64,000 bases of DNA from Patescibacteria group bacterium (GCA_038065235.1 JBBTRK010000014.1:16629-80628); one strand, 5' to 3'. Counted from the stretch's first letter, positions 35,955-47,175 are shown. The notes: generated from the sequence alone by a model not told the origin. Program-made: numbers and translations.

Positions 35955-36851
35955 CTACTCCAACGCCGCCCTACCGGCGGAAATTTCCGCGATCTCTCGC
36001 GTAATGCTGGCTTGGCGCACTTGGTTATAAGTGAGGTTGAGATCTTCAATGAGCTCTTCGGCCGAGTCTGTCGCGTTGCGCATTGCCACCATGCGGGCGG
36101 CGTGCTCGGACGCGAGTGACTCCAGCACCACCTGGTACAGCTGGCTGGTCACGAGGTTCCGCAACATTTTCTCCAGCACGGCTTCGGCGTTCGGTTCGAA
36201 AAGGTAGGGGTTCTGGAAGCCTTCAATATCTTGCATCGCAATGGAGCTATCAACGTCATCCAACACTTCTTTGAGTTCTTGTTTGCGGATTGGCAGCACC
36301 TGGCGGCTCCAGACTTTCTGCACGAGGGTAGAACGGAAATCAGTGTAAACCACGAAAACTTTATCGTACACGCCAGTAACGTAGTCATTGATGGCAATCT
36401 TCACCACGGGTTGTAGGTCCGCCACAGTCGGGTGGGTGTGGGCATTCGGAAACGCTGCAACAATATTCACGTTGAGGCGACGCAGCGCGTCAGCCGCTTT
36501 CGTGCCCACCGTAATGACATCGACGGGCACAGTCTGCGCTTTCAGAACGTCCAATGTCTGGCGGACAATATTCGTATTTAACCCGCCTGCCAAGCCGCGG
36601 TCGGAGCTGACGACAATGACCGCCACGCGCTTCACCTCGCGCTCGATGAGGAGCGGGTGAAGTTCACGGTTCGTCACGGCGCTCACGTTGGTGAGTACAT
36701 CCCAGGCAGCCTTGGCGTAGGCGCGCGTCGCCAGGGCCTGCTGCACGGCACGGCGCATCTTGGACGCAGCCACGAGTTCCATGGCTTTGGTAATCTTCTT
36801 GGTATTGCCGACGGACTTTATGCGTCGCCGAATGTCGAGCGTACTAGCCAT
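35955..36851 (-). CDS. atpG: F-type ATP synthase gamma subunit
   Basis: 298 aa. MASTLDIRRRIKSVGNTKKITKAMELVAASKMRRA N-terminus. Confidence 0.9.
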   Translation of the reverse strand: MASTLDIRRRIKSVGNTKKITKAMELVAASKMRRAVQQALATRAYAKAAWDVLTNVSAVTNRELHPLLIEREVKRVAVIVVSSDRGLAGGLNTNIVRQTLDVLKAQTVPVDVITVGTKAADALRRLNVNIVAAFPNAHTHPTVADLQPVVKIAINDYVTGVYDKVFVVYTDFRSTLVQKVWSRQVLPIRKQELKEVLDDVDSSIAMQDIEGFQNPYLFEPNAEAVLEKMLRNLVTSQLYQVVLESLASEHAARMVAMRNATDSAEELIEDLNLTYNQVRQASITREIAEISAGRAALE

Positions 36852-36855
36852 AATT

Positions 36856-38346
36856 CTAGCTTTGCTTGAAAGTAATGAGCGCAGTCTTTAACTGTTCTTC
36901 AAGTGCAGACGTGAGTTCACCACTATCTTCAATTGCTTTCACCCAGGCACTGGAACCGGTACGGAGGCTCTTGGTAAAATTCTTTTCCCAGGTTTGGACG
37001 TTCTCAACTTCCACGTCATCCAGGTAGCCCTGCGTGACGGCATAGAGCACCGCAACCTGCTCGGGCATAGGCATAGGCTGGCCAATCCCCTGCTTGAGCA
37101 ACTCTGCTGTGCGCTTACCGCGTTCCAGCTGCTTCTTGGTGGCATCATCCAGGTCAGAACCAAACTGCGCAAAGGCCGCGAGCTCACGGTACTGGGCCAT
37201 ATCCAGGCGGAGCTTGCCTGCCACTTTTTTCATGGCCTTGCGCTGGGCGCTGGAACCCACGCGGGAAACGGAAAGGCCAACGTTCAAAGCCGGGCGCTGA
37301 CCTTGGTAGAACAAATCGGATTCCAGAATAATCTGCCCGTCGGTAATGGAGATAACGTTTGTCGGAATATACGCGCTCATGTCGCCAGCCTGCGTTTCGA
37401 TGATCGGCAAGGCCGTGAGCGAACCGCCGCCGTTATCCTTATTGAGCTTGGCCGCGCGCTCCAGTAAACGGGAGTGGAGGTAAAAAATGTCACCCGGGTA
37501 GGCTTCGCGGCCTGGGGGGCGGCGGAGCAAGAGTGAAACTTGACGGTATGCCCAAGCATGTTTGGAGAGGTCGTCGTACACCACGAGCGCGTCTTTCCCT
37601 TTGCTCATGAAGTACTCACCCATGGCACAACCCGCGTACGGGGCGAGGAACGAGAGCGCAGCCGGATCGGCCGCACTCGCCAGCACGATGATGGTGTGGT
37701 TCATGGCGCCGTGCTTCTCCAGCTCGGCGACGATGCGCGCAATCTTGCTGGCCTTCTGGCCAATAGCCACGTAGATACAAATGACCCCGCTGTTCTTCTG
37801 GTTGATAATGGTATCAATAGCAATGGCCGTCTTGCCGGTCTGGCGGTCGCCGATGATGAGCTCGCGCTGGCCGCGGCCGATTGGGATGAGTGCGTCGATT
37901 GCCTTTATACCCGTCTGCACCGGCTGCTTCACTGACTCGCGGGTGATGACGCCAGGTGCCACGCGCTCTACTGGGTAGGTATCCGAAGCTTTGATTGCGC
38001 CTTTGCCATCAATGGGCTCGCCCAACGGGTTCACCACGCGGCCCACAAGCGCATCACCCACGGGCACGGACATTACCTGACCAGTACCGCGGACTTCTTC
38101 GCCTTCGGTCACGTCTGTCGCGCCGTTCAGGATCATGATGCCGACGGTATCCTCTTCCAAGTTCAAGGCTACACCAGTAGCGCCAGAAGCGAACGTGACT
38201 TTCTCGCTAGATTTGACGTTGCTCAAACCTTCGACGCGTGCAATGCCGTCGCCCACGTCAATGACGTGGCCGACCGTAGCCGTGCTGGCCACGGCGGTGT
38301 AGGACTGGAGCTGGGCTTTCAGGACGTCGACGATGGTGTGTGGCAT
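36856..38346 (-). CDS. atpA: F-type ATP synthase alpha subunit
   Basis: 496 aa. P-loop GDRQTGKTA. Confidence 0.95.
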   Translation of the reverse strand: MPHTIVDVLKAQLQSYTAVASTATVGHVIDVGDGIARVEGLSNVKSSEKVTFASGATGVALNLEEDTVGIMILNGATDVTEGEEVRGTGQVMSVPVGDALVGRVVNPLGEPIDGKGAIKASDTYPVERVAPGVITRESVKQPVQTGIKAIDALIPIGRGQRELIIGDRQTGKTAIAIDTIINQKNSGVICIYVAIGQKASKIARIVAELEKHGAMNHTIIVLASAADPAALSFLAPYAGCAMGEYFMSKGKDALVVYDDLSKHAWAYRQVSLLLRRPPGREAYPGDIFYLHSRLLERAAKLNKDNGGGSLTALPIIETQAGDMSAYIPTNVISITDGQIILESDLFYQGQRPALNVGLSVSRVGSSAQRKAMKKVAGKLRLDMAQYRELAAFAQFGSDLDDATKKQLERGKRTAELLKQGIGQPMPMPEQVAVLYAVTQGYLDDVEVENVQTWEKNFTKSLRTGSSAWVKAIEDSGELTSALEEQLKTALITFKQS

Positions 38347-38366
38347 ACGGGTGGGACGAGGGAGAA

Positions 38367-38768
38367 TTATTGGAGGAGGTGAGATTTGAGTGTGCTGAGG
38401 CGGGAGGCGAGCGCGTTATCGATGAGCCGATCCCCCACCTGGATTTTCACGCCAGCGAGGAGTTTGGCTTCGTGCACGTGCCGGATCTTCACTTTCTGAT
38501 GCAATGCCTTCTCTAAGTTTTCAGTGAGTTCCGCGTCTTCTGCGGCAGTAATGGTTTTTGCGCTCCGGACCTTCACGATGATAGGCCCGCCCTGCTCGGC
38601 AATGAGCCGTTCCAATTCTGCGGCGATGCGCGGGATAAGCCGCAGTTGCCGCTGACGAGCCAGCGTTCGCACGAGTCGATCGGCCACCTCGACGCGATCC
38701 TTCACGGGCGCAGCTTGGGCAGCGCTCAGGTAGGCTTCAGCATACTGGCGGACAGAAGCTTTACGCAT
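38367..38768 (-). CDS. atpH: F-type ATP synthase delta subunit (short form)
   Basis: 133 aa. Position between atpF and atpA. Helical OSCP-like sequence. Confidence 0.75.
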   Translation of the reverse strand: MRKASVRQYAEAYLSAAQAAPVKDRVEVADRLVRTLARQRQLRLIPRIAAELERLIAEQGGPIIVKVRSAKTITAAEDAELTENLEKALHQKVKIRHVHEAKLLAGVKIQVGDRLIDNALASRLSTLKSHLLQ

Positions 38769-39264
38769 GTTTACTTTCCTCTACAGCTTCAGCGACGAGT
38801 TTCTTATCCAGATCTTTAGTTGTGCCCTGCGGAACGACTTTCTGCGTGGCGCTGATGATAAGGTTCACGAGTTCGGTCTTCGCTTCGGTGAGTGCCTGAA
38901 GCTTCTCGGCAGCAATTTCATTACGGGCGTGCTTCCGCATCGTCGCGAGCTCCGCGTCAATTTCATCTATACGCTGCTTCCGGTAGCGCTCACTCTCCAC
39001 TTCCACTTTCTCCATAATATGCTGGGCATCTTTGCGAGCCTCTAGAATCTTCGCTTCTTTTAACTTTTCCGCTTCGGCGAGCTTCACTTCAACCGCTTTC
39101 GCGTTTTTCAGACTCTGCTCAATCTTCTCCCGCCGCTCGGCCATGGCCTTCAGCACTGGCTTGTACGCAAACTTCCACAGCACGAAGAGTACAATCCCAA
39201 AGTTGAGGATTTGTGCCAGGAGCAGCGTGGGCTCGATACCGAATTTCTTGACTAACTCTTCCAT
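38761..39264 (-). CDS. atpF: F-type ATP synthase subunit b
   Basis: 167 aa. N-terminal TM then a long charged helix. Confidence 0.8.
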   Translation of the reverse strand: MEELVKKFGIEPTLLLAQILNFGIVLFVLWKFAYKPVLKAMAERREKIEQSLKNAKAVEVKLAEAEKLKEAKILEARKDAQHIMEKVEVESERYRKQRIDEIDAELATMRKHARNEIAAEKLQALTEAKTELVNLIISATQKVVPQGTTKDLDKKLVAEAVEESKHA

Positions 39265-39329
39265 AAAATTAAGGTGTTACTCGCTAGCCTTCCCTCACCA
39301 GCAGTGGCGAGGGATTCGTCAGCGAAGAA

Positions 39330-39557
39330 CTAGACGAACTTGATGATGAGCGCGACAACCAAAGCATACACGGCAATGGCTTCGGCAAACGCCATGGCAA
39401 TGAGCATCGGCACTTGAATCTTACTCGCGGCTTCGGGGTTGCGGCCAATAGCTTCCATGGCCTTGGCGGCCAACTTACCAATGGCGAACGCTGGACCGAA
39501 TCCACCGATGGCAATTGCCAGTGCGGCGGCAAACAACTTCGCGGATGCTTCTTCCAT
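39330..39557 (-). CDS. atpE: F-type ATP synthase subunit c
   Basis: 75 aa, two-TM hairpin. Proton-binding E in [14 protein letters not shown]. Confidence 0.9.
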   Translation of the reverse strand: MEEASAKLFAAALAIAIGGFGPAFAIGKLAAKAMEAIGRNPEAASKIQVPMLIAMAFAEAIAVYALVVALIIKFV

Positions 39558-39672
39558 ATAGCTTTCCTTTTCGTACCTGCGCCCCGACGAGGGTTAGGTG
39601 TTTAACGTCGGGCGGTTGGTACAGTTAGTGGTGAAACGTTGAGCGCTCGGCGGAGCAACCAACGTCTCGCCG

Positions 39673-40413
39673 CTAGTGCTCGTGCGTGGCAGTGGCGACC
39701 TTCAGAAAGACCAAGGTTAGCATAGCGAATATGAATGCCTGGATAAAGCCTACAAAGATCTCTAGGAACATGAACGGGATGGGGACGACGTACGGGATGA
39801 TGAGACCAATGACTATGAGCAGCACCTCCCCGGCGAAGACGTTGCCGAACAACCGGAAGCTGAACGAGAGGATCTTGGCAAATTCTGACATTGCTTCCAG
39901 CGCGCCGACGAAGCCCATGATCGGATCCTTGAAGTTAATGTACTTCTTCATGTGCTTACCGAAGCCGAGGACAACCACGGCAATGACCTGCGTCGCTACC
40001 ACCGAGATAAGTGCGAGTGCCAGGGTGAAGTTCAAATCTGCGGCTGGACCACGTAAGATTGGCACGAATACTTCCTTGCCGTCGTGCAATTCGCGGAAGC
40101 CGATAGTCCCCACGCCGGGCAAGAGGCCAAGCCAGTTGCCAATGAGGATGAATATGAAAAACGTGAAAATGAACGGGAAGAACTTCTCGGATTGCGCCCG
40201 GCTCCCAGTGACCGAGTCCATGATGCCGAGTGCGCCGTCGAACAGGAACTCCACCAAGTTCTGCAGCCCATGCGGGACGAGCTTGGCTTTACGCAGGAAC
40301 GATGCACCGATGATGATCAGCACAACGACGATCCAGGTGGTGAGCACGCTGTTATTCACCGGGATGGGACCCAGGTGGAATATGGTTTCGGCAGCGAGAG
40401 AGACTTCAGCCAT
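39673..40413 (-). CDS. atpB: F-type ATP synthase subunit a
   Basis: 246 aa. Conserved Arg region (LSFSFRLFGNVFAGEVLL). Confidence 0.9.
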   Translation of the reverse strand: MAEVSLAAETIFHLGPIPVNNSVLTTWIVVVLIIIGASFLRKAKLVPHGLQNLVEFLFDGALGIMDSVTGSRAQSEKFFPFIFTFFIFILIGNWLGLLPGVGTIGFRELHDGKEVFVPILRGPAADLNFTLALALISVVATQVIAVVVLGFGKHMKKYINFKDPIMGFVGALEAMSEFAKILSFSFRLFGNVFAGEVLLIVIGLIIPYVVPIPFMFLEIFVGFIQAFIFAMLTLVFLKVATATHEH

Positions 40414-40677
40414 TTACTTCTTCGGTAATATGGGTGGTGTGGATTCCTGCTCGACGTCTTTGAGCAGCTTCTTGAACTTCCAGACCAACCCGAACGAGGT
40501 GAGAATAATAGAGACGAGAACGCCGGCGAGGAACAGCCAGGGCGAGGTTTCAAGACGTTTATCTAACAATCTACCCCCTAAACCGAGCATAACAATGGGA
40601 ATGGCGATGATATAGCCGAGCTCCCAGGCCATGCCCAGAGCCTTCCAGAACCCCTGCTGCTGCGGTGTTTCGGCCAT
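40414..40677 (-). CDS. ATP-synthase-associated small membrane protein (AtpZ/AtpI-like)
   Basis: Start trimmed to the internal Met (MAETPQQQGFWKALGMAWELGYIIAIPIVMLGLGG). Two TM helices. Operon-first position. Confidence 0.5.
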   Translation of the reverse strand: MAETPQQQGFWKALGMAWELGYIIAIPIVMLGLGGRLLDKRLETSPWLFLAGVLVSIILTSFGLVWKFKKLLKDVEQESTPPILPKK

Positions 40678-40855
40678 AATCAGAACGGAAAATGCGTGGT
40701 TCTGCGGGTATTCCGCCGAATCGGCCAAAAATATGGCGCGCAATAATTGTATGAATTGAAGCCAAAATGTCAAGTATCGAGCTTTCCTACCCTTGCCCGC
40801 CCCAGTAAAAAGGTGTTAGGGTTCGGGAAAAGCAAATACCAAGGAAGGAGACGAC

Positions 40856-41314
40856 ATGCCGAAGGTTCTGTTCATTGAAGATGACACGACAATTTGCCGC
40901 GCTCTCACCGAGGCCGCCCAAAATGCAGCCTGGATTTCAGAGCAGGTACCAGGGAACGACATTAAGCGTGGCCGGGCTGTAGACTTAGCAACAGCAAACA
41001 CGAAGTACGACGCGATTATCGTCGCGGGATACTTCCTCGAAGCGGATATCCCTTATGGGCACAAGGTTGTGGAGCAAATTCGCAAACGAAAATGTACTTC
41101 CATCATCGTTGGCACATCTGGCGACCCCAAGCGTGAAGCAGATTTCCTCAAGGCTGGTGCGGACGCATTCGTCTGCCGGGGTTCCGGGGTGCTGAACAAT
41201 CCTGCGGGTGGGTTCACCAAAGCAGCCGAACTCTTCGACCAAGGCTTTGAAGCGGCCAAACAGACAAGCAACAAAAAGAAAGAGAACACTAAACCAACAC
41301 CTGATCAAACGTGA
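40856..41314 (+). CDS. Stand-alone receiver (REC) domain protein, atypical
   Basis: 152 aa. Acidic pocket VLFIEDD. The phospho-acceptor region is non-canonical (YDAIIVAGYFLEADIP). Conserved K in KAGADAF. Lys-rich tail. Confidence 0.5.
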   Translation: MPKVLFIEDDTTICRALTEAAQNAAWISEQVPGNDIKRGRAVDLATANTKYDAIIVAGYFLEADIPYGHKVVEQIRKRKCTSIIVGTSGDPKREADFLKAGADAFVCRGSGVLNNPAGGFTKAAELFDQGFEAAKQTSNKKKENTKPTPDQT

Positions 41315-41324
41315 TCGGGTGTTT

Positions 41325-42002
41325 TTACTTCCTCGGCCCCAGCACCACGGTGAACTCCCCTTTCACGGCATCGGCGCGCAGGGCGGCGAGTGCGTCGGCG
41401 GGTTTGCCACGGTAGAGGTGCTCGAAGGTTTTGGTGAGCTCCCGCGCTACAAAGACTTCCCGTTCTGGGCAGTTATCCACGAAAAACTGGAGAACCTTCT
41501 CCACCCGGTGTGGCGACTCGAAGAACACCGCTGGCCGCTCATCGGCAACCATATTTTTTAGGATTGTCTGCCGGCCGTTCTTGAGCGGCAGAAAGCCGTA
41601 GCCCGTGTACTGCTGCAAGGGGAAACCGCAGACGGACAGTGCAGTTGCCATTGCCGACGGCCCGGGGATTGGGACCACCTTCACCTCGGGGCACTCACGG
41701 TACACACGCTCGACGAGCCGGCCGCCGGGATCGGCGATGTTTGGCGTACCACGGTCTGCCACGAGCGCCAGAGATTCTCCTCGCTTCAAACGCGCAATAA
41801 TTGCGTCTTCCCGGGCCCCACGGGTGTGCTCGTCGTAGCGGACGAGCTCTTTCTGGGCGCCAATGTGTGTCAGAATCTTGGCAGCTTCCCGCGTATCTTC
41901 GGCCAGCACGGCGTTTACGTGTGCCAAAGTTTCTTTCGCGCGGACGCTAAGATCAGCTAAGTTCCCAATTGGCGTAGCAACGATGTACAGCGTACTAGAC
42001 AT
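41325..42002 (-). CDS. rsmI: 16S rRNA 2'-O-ribose C1402 methyltransferase RsmI
   Basis: 225 aa. Tetrapyrrole-methylase fold N-terminus LYIVATPIGNLADLSVRA. Confidence 0.85.
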   Translation of the reverse strand: MSSTLYIVATPIGNLADLSVRAKETLAHVNAVLAEDTREAAKILTHIGAQKELVRYDEHTRGAREDAIIARLKRGESLALVADRGTPNIADPGGRLVERVYRECPEVKVVPIPGPSAMATALSVCGFPLQQYTGYGFLPLKNGRQTILKNMVADERPAVFFESPHRVEKVLQFFVDNCPEREVFVARELTKTFEHLYRGKPADALAALRADAVKGEFTVVLGPRK

Positions 42003-42510
42003 TGATAATTGCTTTCACCCCACGAATGGCTTCGGGCAAAAGCGGCATGAGGCTATTACCGATTGCACCGAGCAGGCTGGCGACACGAGAACCTTCCAGG
42101 TATTCCGTGAGGCTCGCGCTGACCTCCAGCCGCTGCGCCAACCCGACGAGCAAGCCAAGGATGAGCGCGCCTTCAACCAGACCGACGAGCGCGCCCCCCA
42201 AGCGGTTGATGGAACCAACACCAGGGACAACCTTCACGACGTTTAAAATCTTTCCCACACTGCCAGTCGCAATTGCCACGGCGCGGTTGACGACAACGAA
42301 GATAACCGTGAATGCCAGCCACTGGCTCAAGCCTAACCGGTCACCAGCTGCGCCCAACCACCCGCCAGCCACGGCGTACGTCCGGCCAGCGATGATTGCC
42401 CCTGCGATGACACCCACGACCCCGCCGAGCGTTTGGATGAGGCCGTACCAGAATCCGGCCCAGACGAAGCCGAACCAGAGGACGAGGAGGATAATGTCAG
42501 CGCTGCTCAT
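41995..42510 (-). CDS. CvpA-family membrane protein
   Basis: 171 aa, 4 TM helices. Typical CvpA N-terminus (IDIILLVLWFGFVWAGFWYGLI). Confidence 0.7.
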   Translation of the reverse strand: MSSADIILLVLWFGFVWAGFWYGLIQTLGGVVGVIAGAIIAGRTYAVAGGWLGAAGDRLGLSQWLAFTVIFVVVNRAVAIATGSVGKILNVVKVVPGVGSINRLGGALVGLVEGALILGLLVGLAQRLEVSASLTEYLEGSRVASLLGAIGNSLMPLLPEAIRGVKAIINV

Positions 42511-43970
42511 ACGACGCGTTGGAACAATGGTGGAGCTTTGACGATTTTCTTTGCCCGTAGCGCCTTGGTCATCGTGGCTGCGGTGACGGGTAGGTACGAC
42601 GTGAGCGCGTGGCTAATCTCCAAGAGTTGTGCCACGAGCTGCGCGAGAAGAAGTTTCAGCTTCTTAACATCCGCAGGCTTCGCGCTCTTCGCTAATGCCC
42701 AGGGTTTTGCCGTATCGATTGCCTGGTTGGCCCAGGTGATGGCTTTCCAGGTGGCGGCGAGCGAGCCAGTGAAATCGTACTTCAACGTCTGCTGCTCGGC
42801 CTTACCGAGTGGCTTCGGCGCATCCACAGACTTCACTACACCCCCACAGTACTGCTCGACCATATTCGTTGTCCGGGACAAGAGGTTGCCTAGGCCATTC
42901 GCCAAATCGGCGTTGAACTTCTCGGTGAAGCGCTGCACTGGCAAGTCCCCATCTTGGCCGAACGGGAACGGAGTGAGCAGAAGGTACCGGGTGCCATCCA
43001 CGCCGTACTTCGCGACCAGATCGACAGGGTTAATGACATTGCCAATGCTCTTACTCATCTTGCGGCCATCGATAGTGAAGTACCCATGCGCGAACATGGT
43101 CGCGGGCACAGGTTCACCGACCGCCATGAGCAGTGCTGGCCAATAGATGGTGTGGAACTTTAGGATATCGCGCGCCATAAAGTGCACCACCTCGCCACGC
43201 CACCACTGCCGGTACTGCCGCACGTTCTTGCCGTATCCAACACCGGTGAGGTAGTTCGGGAGCGCGTCCACCCACACGTACGCCGTCTGCGTCTTGTCCC
43301 ACGGCAGCGGTATTCCCCACTTCACGTTCTCACGCGAAATTGAAAAATCTTGAATTCCTTGCCTAAAGTACCCCAGCACTTCTTGCCGCGCAGCCGAGGG
43401 AAGAATCTTAAGCGTATTTGCGGTGATAGCTTTCTTCAACTGGGGCAAATAATCGGTGAGGCGGAAAAACCAGTTATGCTCGACGAGCTCTTGCGGCACG
43501 GTATTGTGCAACGGACACTTCCCATCTACGAGCTCTTTCTCGGTGAGGAACCGCTCACAGCCCTGGCAGTACAAACCCTTGTACTCACCTTGGTACACCG
43601 CCGGCCGGCCGAGCGGGGTGGTGGCAGCTTTTAATTTCGTCAAAAAAGTCTGAACGCCAAGGACGTGGTCAGACTCGGTGGTGCGGATGAACCGATCGAA
43701 ACCAATATTTAGCTGCTGGAACACATGCTGGAAAGCTTTGGCTTGTAGGTCGACGAACGCTTGGGAGGTAACGCCAGTGCTAGCGGCAGTGTCCGCAACT
43801 TTCTGGCCGTGCTCGTCGGTGCCCGTGAGGAAAAACACCTTACGCCCAAGTATGCGCCAAGCGCGGACCACGACGTCTGCCGCGATCGTCGTGTACGCAT
43901 GCCCCACGTGTGGCGCACCATTGGCGTAGTAAATAGGCGTCGTCAGCAGAAGCGGGACGCGTTTGGACAT
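42507..43970 (-). CDS. metG: Methionyl-tRNA synthetase
   Basis: 487 aa. HIGH (PHVGHAY) and KMSKS motifs. Confidence 0.9.
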   Translation of the reverse strand: MSKRVPLLLTTPIYYANGAPHVGHAYTTIAADVVVRAWRILGRKVFFLTGTDEHGQKVADTAASTGVTSQAFVDLQAKAFQHVFQQLNIGFDRFIRTTESDHVLGVQTFLTKLKAATTPLGRPAVYQGEYKGLYCQGCERFLTEKELVDGKCPLHNTVPQELVEHNWFFRLTDYLPQLKKAITANTLKILPSAARQEVLGYFRQGIQDFSISRENVKWGIPLPWDKTQTAYVWVDALPNYLTGVGYGKNVRQYRQWWRGEVVHFMARDILKFHTIYWPALLMAVGEPVPATMFAHGYFTIDGRKMSKSIGNVINPVDLVAKYGVDGTRYLLLTPFPFGQDGDLPVQRFTEKFNADLANGLGNLLSRTTNMVEQYCGGVVKSVDAPKPLGKAEQQTLKYDFTGSLAATWKAITWANQAIDTAKPWALAKSAKPADVKKLKLLLAQLVAQLLEISHALTSYLPVTAATMTKALRAKKIVKAPPLFQRVV

Positions 43971-43981
43971 AGGATTCGAAT

Positions 43982-45040
43982 TTACTGTTCCAGTTGAAGT
44001 TCTGCCTCGCGTCGCTTGCCAAAGATATCCTGGTACACGGTCATGACGATGAGGGTGACGGGAACAGCAAGGATAACCCCGAGCAATCCCGCGACTTTTG
44101 CCCCAATGAGCAGCACAACGATGGTGACAATAGAGTGTAAACCAGTTGTGCTCTTCATAACCTTAGGGACAATAAGGTTATTCTCAATCTGCTGGACGAC
44201 AATGAAGAGGACGATGGTAAGGATGCCCTTGGTTGGGCTCTGCGTGAAACCAATGAATGCCGCAGGTACCATTGCAATGGTCGAGCCAATCATGGGAATG
44301 AACTCCATGAGGCCGGCGAAGAGCGCAAGTACGAGGGCATACTTAACACCTAAGATAAGTAAACCAATGTAACTCATGATAGCCACGATGAGCAGCAGCA
44401 GGAGCTGACCCCGCAGCCAGCCGCCCATTTTGAATTGAATCTTCGTGATTAGCTCGTGCAGGTAGGGCTGAAACCTCAACGGGGCAAAGGAACGAAAAAG
44501 CTTCTTCATCCCACTCTCTTCAGTCACCATGTAGAAAGTAATGATAAGCACGGCAATGAAGGCAATGACTCCACCGAAGAAGCCACTGAGCGCCGAGAAC
44601 ACGCTCCCGCTGGCGCTGGTGACACTGCCTTGAATGGACTGCAAAACGCTCGAGATGTTCTGCTGGATGCCGGCTTGGCCCGAGAGATCCCGCAGGGCTT
44701 GGAACTCATTGATGAACTTCTGGTAGATAGCGGGGAAATTCTGCGTAAGCTCGTTAAACTGGGCAATGAGCGGCGGGATAAGGAGGCCCAGGATAACGCT
44801 AATGCCACCGAAGAGGATAATATAGATGATAATGAGACCCAGCGTGCGGGGAATGCGCCGCGCTTGGAGCTTGTCGACCCACGGATCGAGGGCAGTTGCG
44901 AGCACGACGGCAACGAGGAAAAGGACAAAGACTTCACGGATGGCGTACGCGAATGCGAGCACCAGCACAACCCCAACCAAACGGAGCATGGTTGCCGTAG
45001 AAATGCTGACGCTGACGTTGCGGTTATCTCCAATATCCAT
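43982..45040 (-). CDS. AI-2E family transporter (PerM/YdiK-like)
   Basis: 352 aa, ~8 TM helices, characteristic C-terminal region. Confidence 0.7.
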   Translation of the reverse strand: MDIGDNRNVSVSISTATMLRLVGVVLVLAFAYAIREVFVLFLVAVVLATALDPWVDKLQARRIPRTLGLIIIYIILFGGISVILGLLIPPLIAQFNELTQNFPAIYQKFINEFQALRDLSGQAGIQQNISSVLQSIQGSVTSASGSVFSALSGFFGGVIAFIAVLIITFYMVTEESGMKKLFRSFAPLRFQPYLHELITKIQFKMGGWLRGQLLLLLIVAIMSYIGLLILGVKYALVLALFAGLMEFIPMIGSTIAMVPAAFIGFTQSPTKGILTIVLFIVVQQIENNLIVPKVMKSTTGLHSIVTIVVLLIGAKVAGLLGVILAVPVTLIVMTVYQDIFGKRREAELQLEQ

Positions 45041-45063
45041 GTGTGGAGTATACTGCCTTGGCT

Positions 45064-46326
45064 CTAGCCTTGCAAAAGCCTGGTAAACTGCTTGTGATCC
45101 GTGTACGGTCCCACAATTGCCAGCCGGTACGCGCGCGGCCGCAACACTTGCCGAGCAACGTTCTCGATTGCGCGCCGCGTGACCTTTTCAAAATCTGCAA
45201 TCCGCTCTCTATCAGTTTTTACTTTCCGCTGGAAGAGCGCTTGCTTCCCCAGCCAGCCTGCGACGTTCTCAGAATCTTCCAACGAGAGAATAAACTTTCC
45301 CTTGATATACTCTTTCGCTCGGTGAAGCTCTTCGGCAGTGATTCCGTTGCGCACGAGCTTGGCAAGTTCGGAGGTTATTGCAGGGATTGCCTGGTCAACG
45401 CGGTTCTTGTCGATGCCGGCTTGAATAGCGAGATGGCCCACCTGCTCGTAGGGGTTCACACTGGCGCGGATGTAGTAGCACAGGCCGCGGCGCTCCCGAA
45501 TTTCAATAAAGAGCCGGGAACTCATGGTGCCGCCGAGGATGATAGAAAGGAGCGCGAGCGCGTCGTTCCGCTTGTCGAGGTAGCCAAAGGTCGGCATGCC
45601 AATAGTTAGGTGGACCTGCTCGGTAGCTTTCTGCCGCAAAACTACCCCAGGTTTGGCAAAACCTGTTTGCGGGACGAAGCGTTTACCTACACGTTTACTA
45701 GGGTACTTCTGAAAGTACGAGGTTATAAGGCGGCGAACATTCTTCGGCACGCTACCCGAAACGATGATGGTGGTGTTACTGCCGACGTAGTAGGAATCTT
45801 TGTACTGCAGCATGGCTTTTCGATTCATACTCACAATCCCCTGCTTGGTCCCGGCAATGTTCCGGCCGAGCGGGGTGCTGCCGTAGAGCTGTTTCTCGAA
45901 AACATCCTCGACGAGCGCCATGGGATTATCCTCGTACATGTTAATCTCCTCAATGATCACGCCCCGCTCACGGTCTAGCTCTTTGGCGTCGAACTTGGAA
46001 TTTATGAGCATGTCCGAGAGCATATCGAGCGCGAGGTCCAAGTGCTGCTTGCTAGCCTTGATGTAGTAGGCAGTGTGGTCTTTGCTGGTGAAGGCGTTGA
46101 ACTCCGCGCCAATGCTATCGAGCTCGCGGGAAATCGTCTGCGTGTCGGGTCGGCGCTTGGTACCCTTGAACATGAGGTGCTCCAAGAAGTGCGATGCGCC
46201 GTTGAGCGGAACGCCTTCGTAGCGGGAACCGACTTTTACAAAGACCATGACGGTGACGGCCTGGGTATCTTTCCGTGGGGCAATGATGACCCGGGCGCTA
46301 TTCTTGAGGTTGAATGAGGTGAACAT
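45064..46326 (-). CDS. M16-family (pitrilysin-like) zinc peptidase
   Basis: 420 aa. Inverted zinc motif HxxEH (HFLEHLMF). Confidence 0.8.
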   Translation of the reverse strand: MFTSFNLKNSARVIIAPRKDTQAVTVMVFVKVGSRYEGVPLNGASHFLEHLMFKGTKRRPDTQTISRELDSIGAEFNAFTSKDHTAYYIKASKQHLDLALDMLSDMLINSKFDAKELDRERGVIIEEINMYEDNPMALVEDVFEKQLYGSTPLGRNIAGTKQGIVSMNRKAMLQYKDSYYVGSNTTIIVSGSVPKNVRRLITSYFQKYPSKRVGKRFVPQTGFAKPGVVLRQKATEQVHLTIGMPTFGYLDKRNDALALLSIILGGTMSSRLFIEIRERRGLCYYIRASVNPYEQVGHLAIQAGIDKNRVDQAIPAITSELAKLVRNGITAEELHRAKEYIKGKFILSLEDSENVAGWLGKQALFQRKVKTDRERIADFEKVTRRAIENVARQVLRPRAYRLAIVGPYTDHKQFTRLLQG

Positions 46327-46344
46327 AGTGGTTCAAAAAAATGG

Positions 46345-47175
46345 TTAGTTTTTTCTAGGATTACGGTTAGCCAGGATCCAATCAATAGCCTCTGCCACGC
46401 CATCCTGGTCGCACGAGGCGACGACATGGTCTGCTGCGCGCTCTACTGCAGCGGCAGCGTTCTTCACTGCAAAGCTTTCGCCCGCGACTTTGAACATTGG
46501 AATATCATTGTACCCGTCGCCAATTGCCGCGGTCTGCGCCATTTCCAGGTTGTAGTGCTCGGCCAGGTATCGAAGCGCGAAACCTTTGTCCACATGCGGG
46601 TGAAGGAACTCCAAAAGGTTGGCGCGCGTGCGGGTTATATAAAGCTTACTCCCCCACTTGCGCTGTGCCAGTGCTTCCAGTTTTATAACTTTCTCGGGTC
46701 GAGTTACAAACATGATCTTAATGGGCGGGTGCGAGAACGGAAATGTCCGAAGGTTCACTAAGCTAATCTGCCGCACTTGCTCAATGCGGTCGAGGTACTC
46801 CTTGCCATAACGGTCGAGTGGCCGTTGGAAAAAAACGGTTTCGTGGTCTAGCACGTAGACGCAGACCTGAACTTTGTGACGCAAACCAAACTCTACGACA
46901 TCGAGAAAGTGCTGGGGCGGCATGGTGCGGGAAGCTAACACCTTACTTTTCCCACGCAAGAGTGCGCCTTGGAAGCACGCCAGAGTATGCGTTAGCCCAA
47001 GCTGCTTGGCGAACGGGAGCGTCGTGGTAAACGTCCGACCCGTGGCGAGCGTGACTATAATCCCCGCCCGAATTGCCCGCCGCACGGCACGTTTGTTGAC
47101 CTGGGATATACGAAAGTTTGACCCAATAAGCGTGTCATCGAGGTCAATCGCTAACAGTTTAATCTGGTGTCGCAC
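46345..47175 (-). CDS. Cof-type HAD-IIB phosphatase
   Basis: 276 aa. DxD motif LLAIDLDDTL. C-terminal GDGYND motif (AIGDGYNDIPM). Confidence 0.8.
   Translation of the reverse strand: MRHQIKLLAIDLDDTLIGSNFRISQVNKRAVRRAIRAGIIVTLATGRTFTTTLPFAKQLGLTHTLACFQGALLRGKSKVLASRTMPPQHFLDVVEFGLRHKVQVCVYVLDHETVFFQRPLDRYGKEYLDRIEQVRQISLVNLRTFPFSHPPIKIMFVTRPEKVIKLEALAQRKWGSKLYITRTRANLLEFLHPHVDKGFALRYLAEHYNLEMAQTAAIGDGYNDIPMFKVAGESFAVKNAAAAVERAADHVVASCDQDGVAEAIDWILANRNPRKN

Noticed and set aside
39686-40615. 309-aa plus-strand ORF
   Set aside because: It lies entirely antisense to atpB and the atpZ-like gene, whose minus-strand products have clear ATP synthase motifs. The antisense frame is open only because of GC-rich codon bias.
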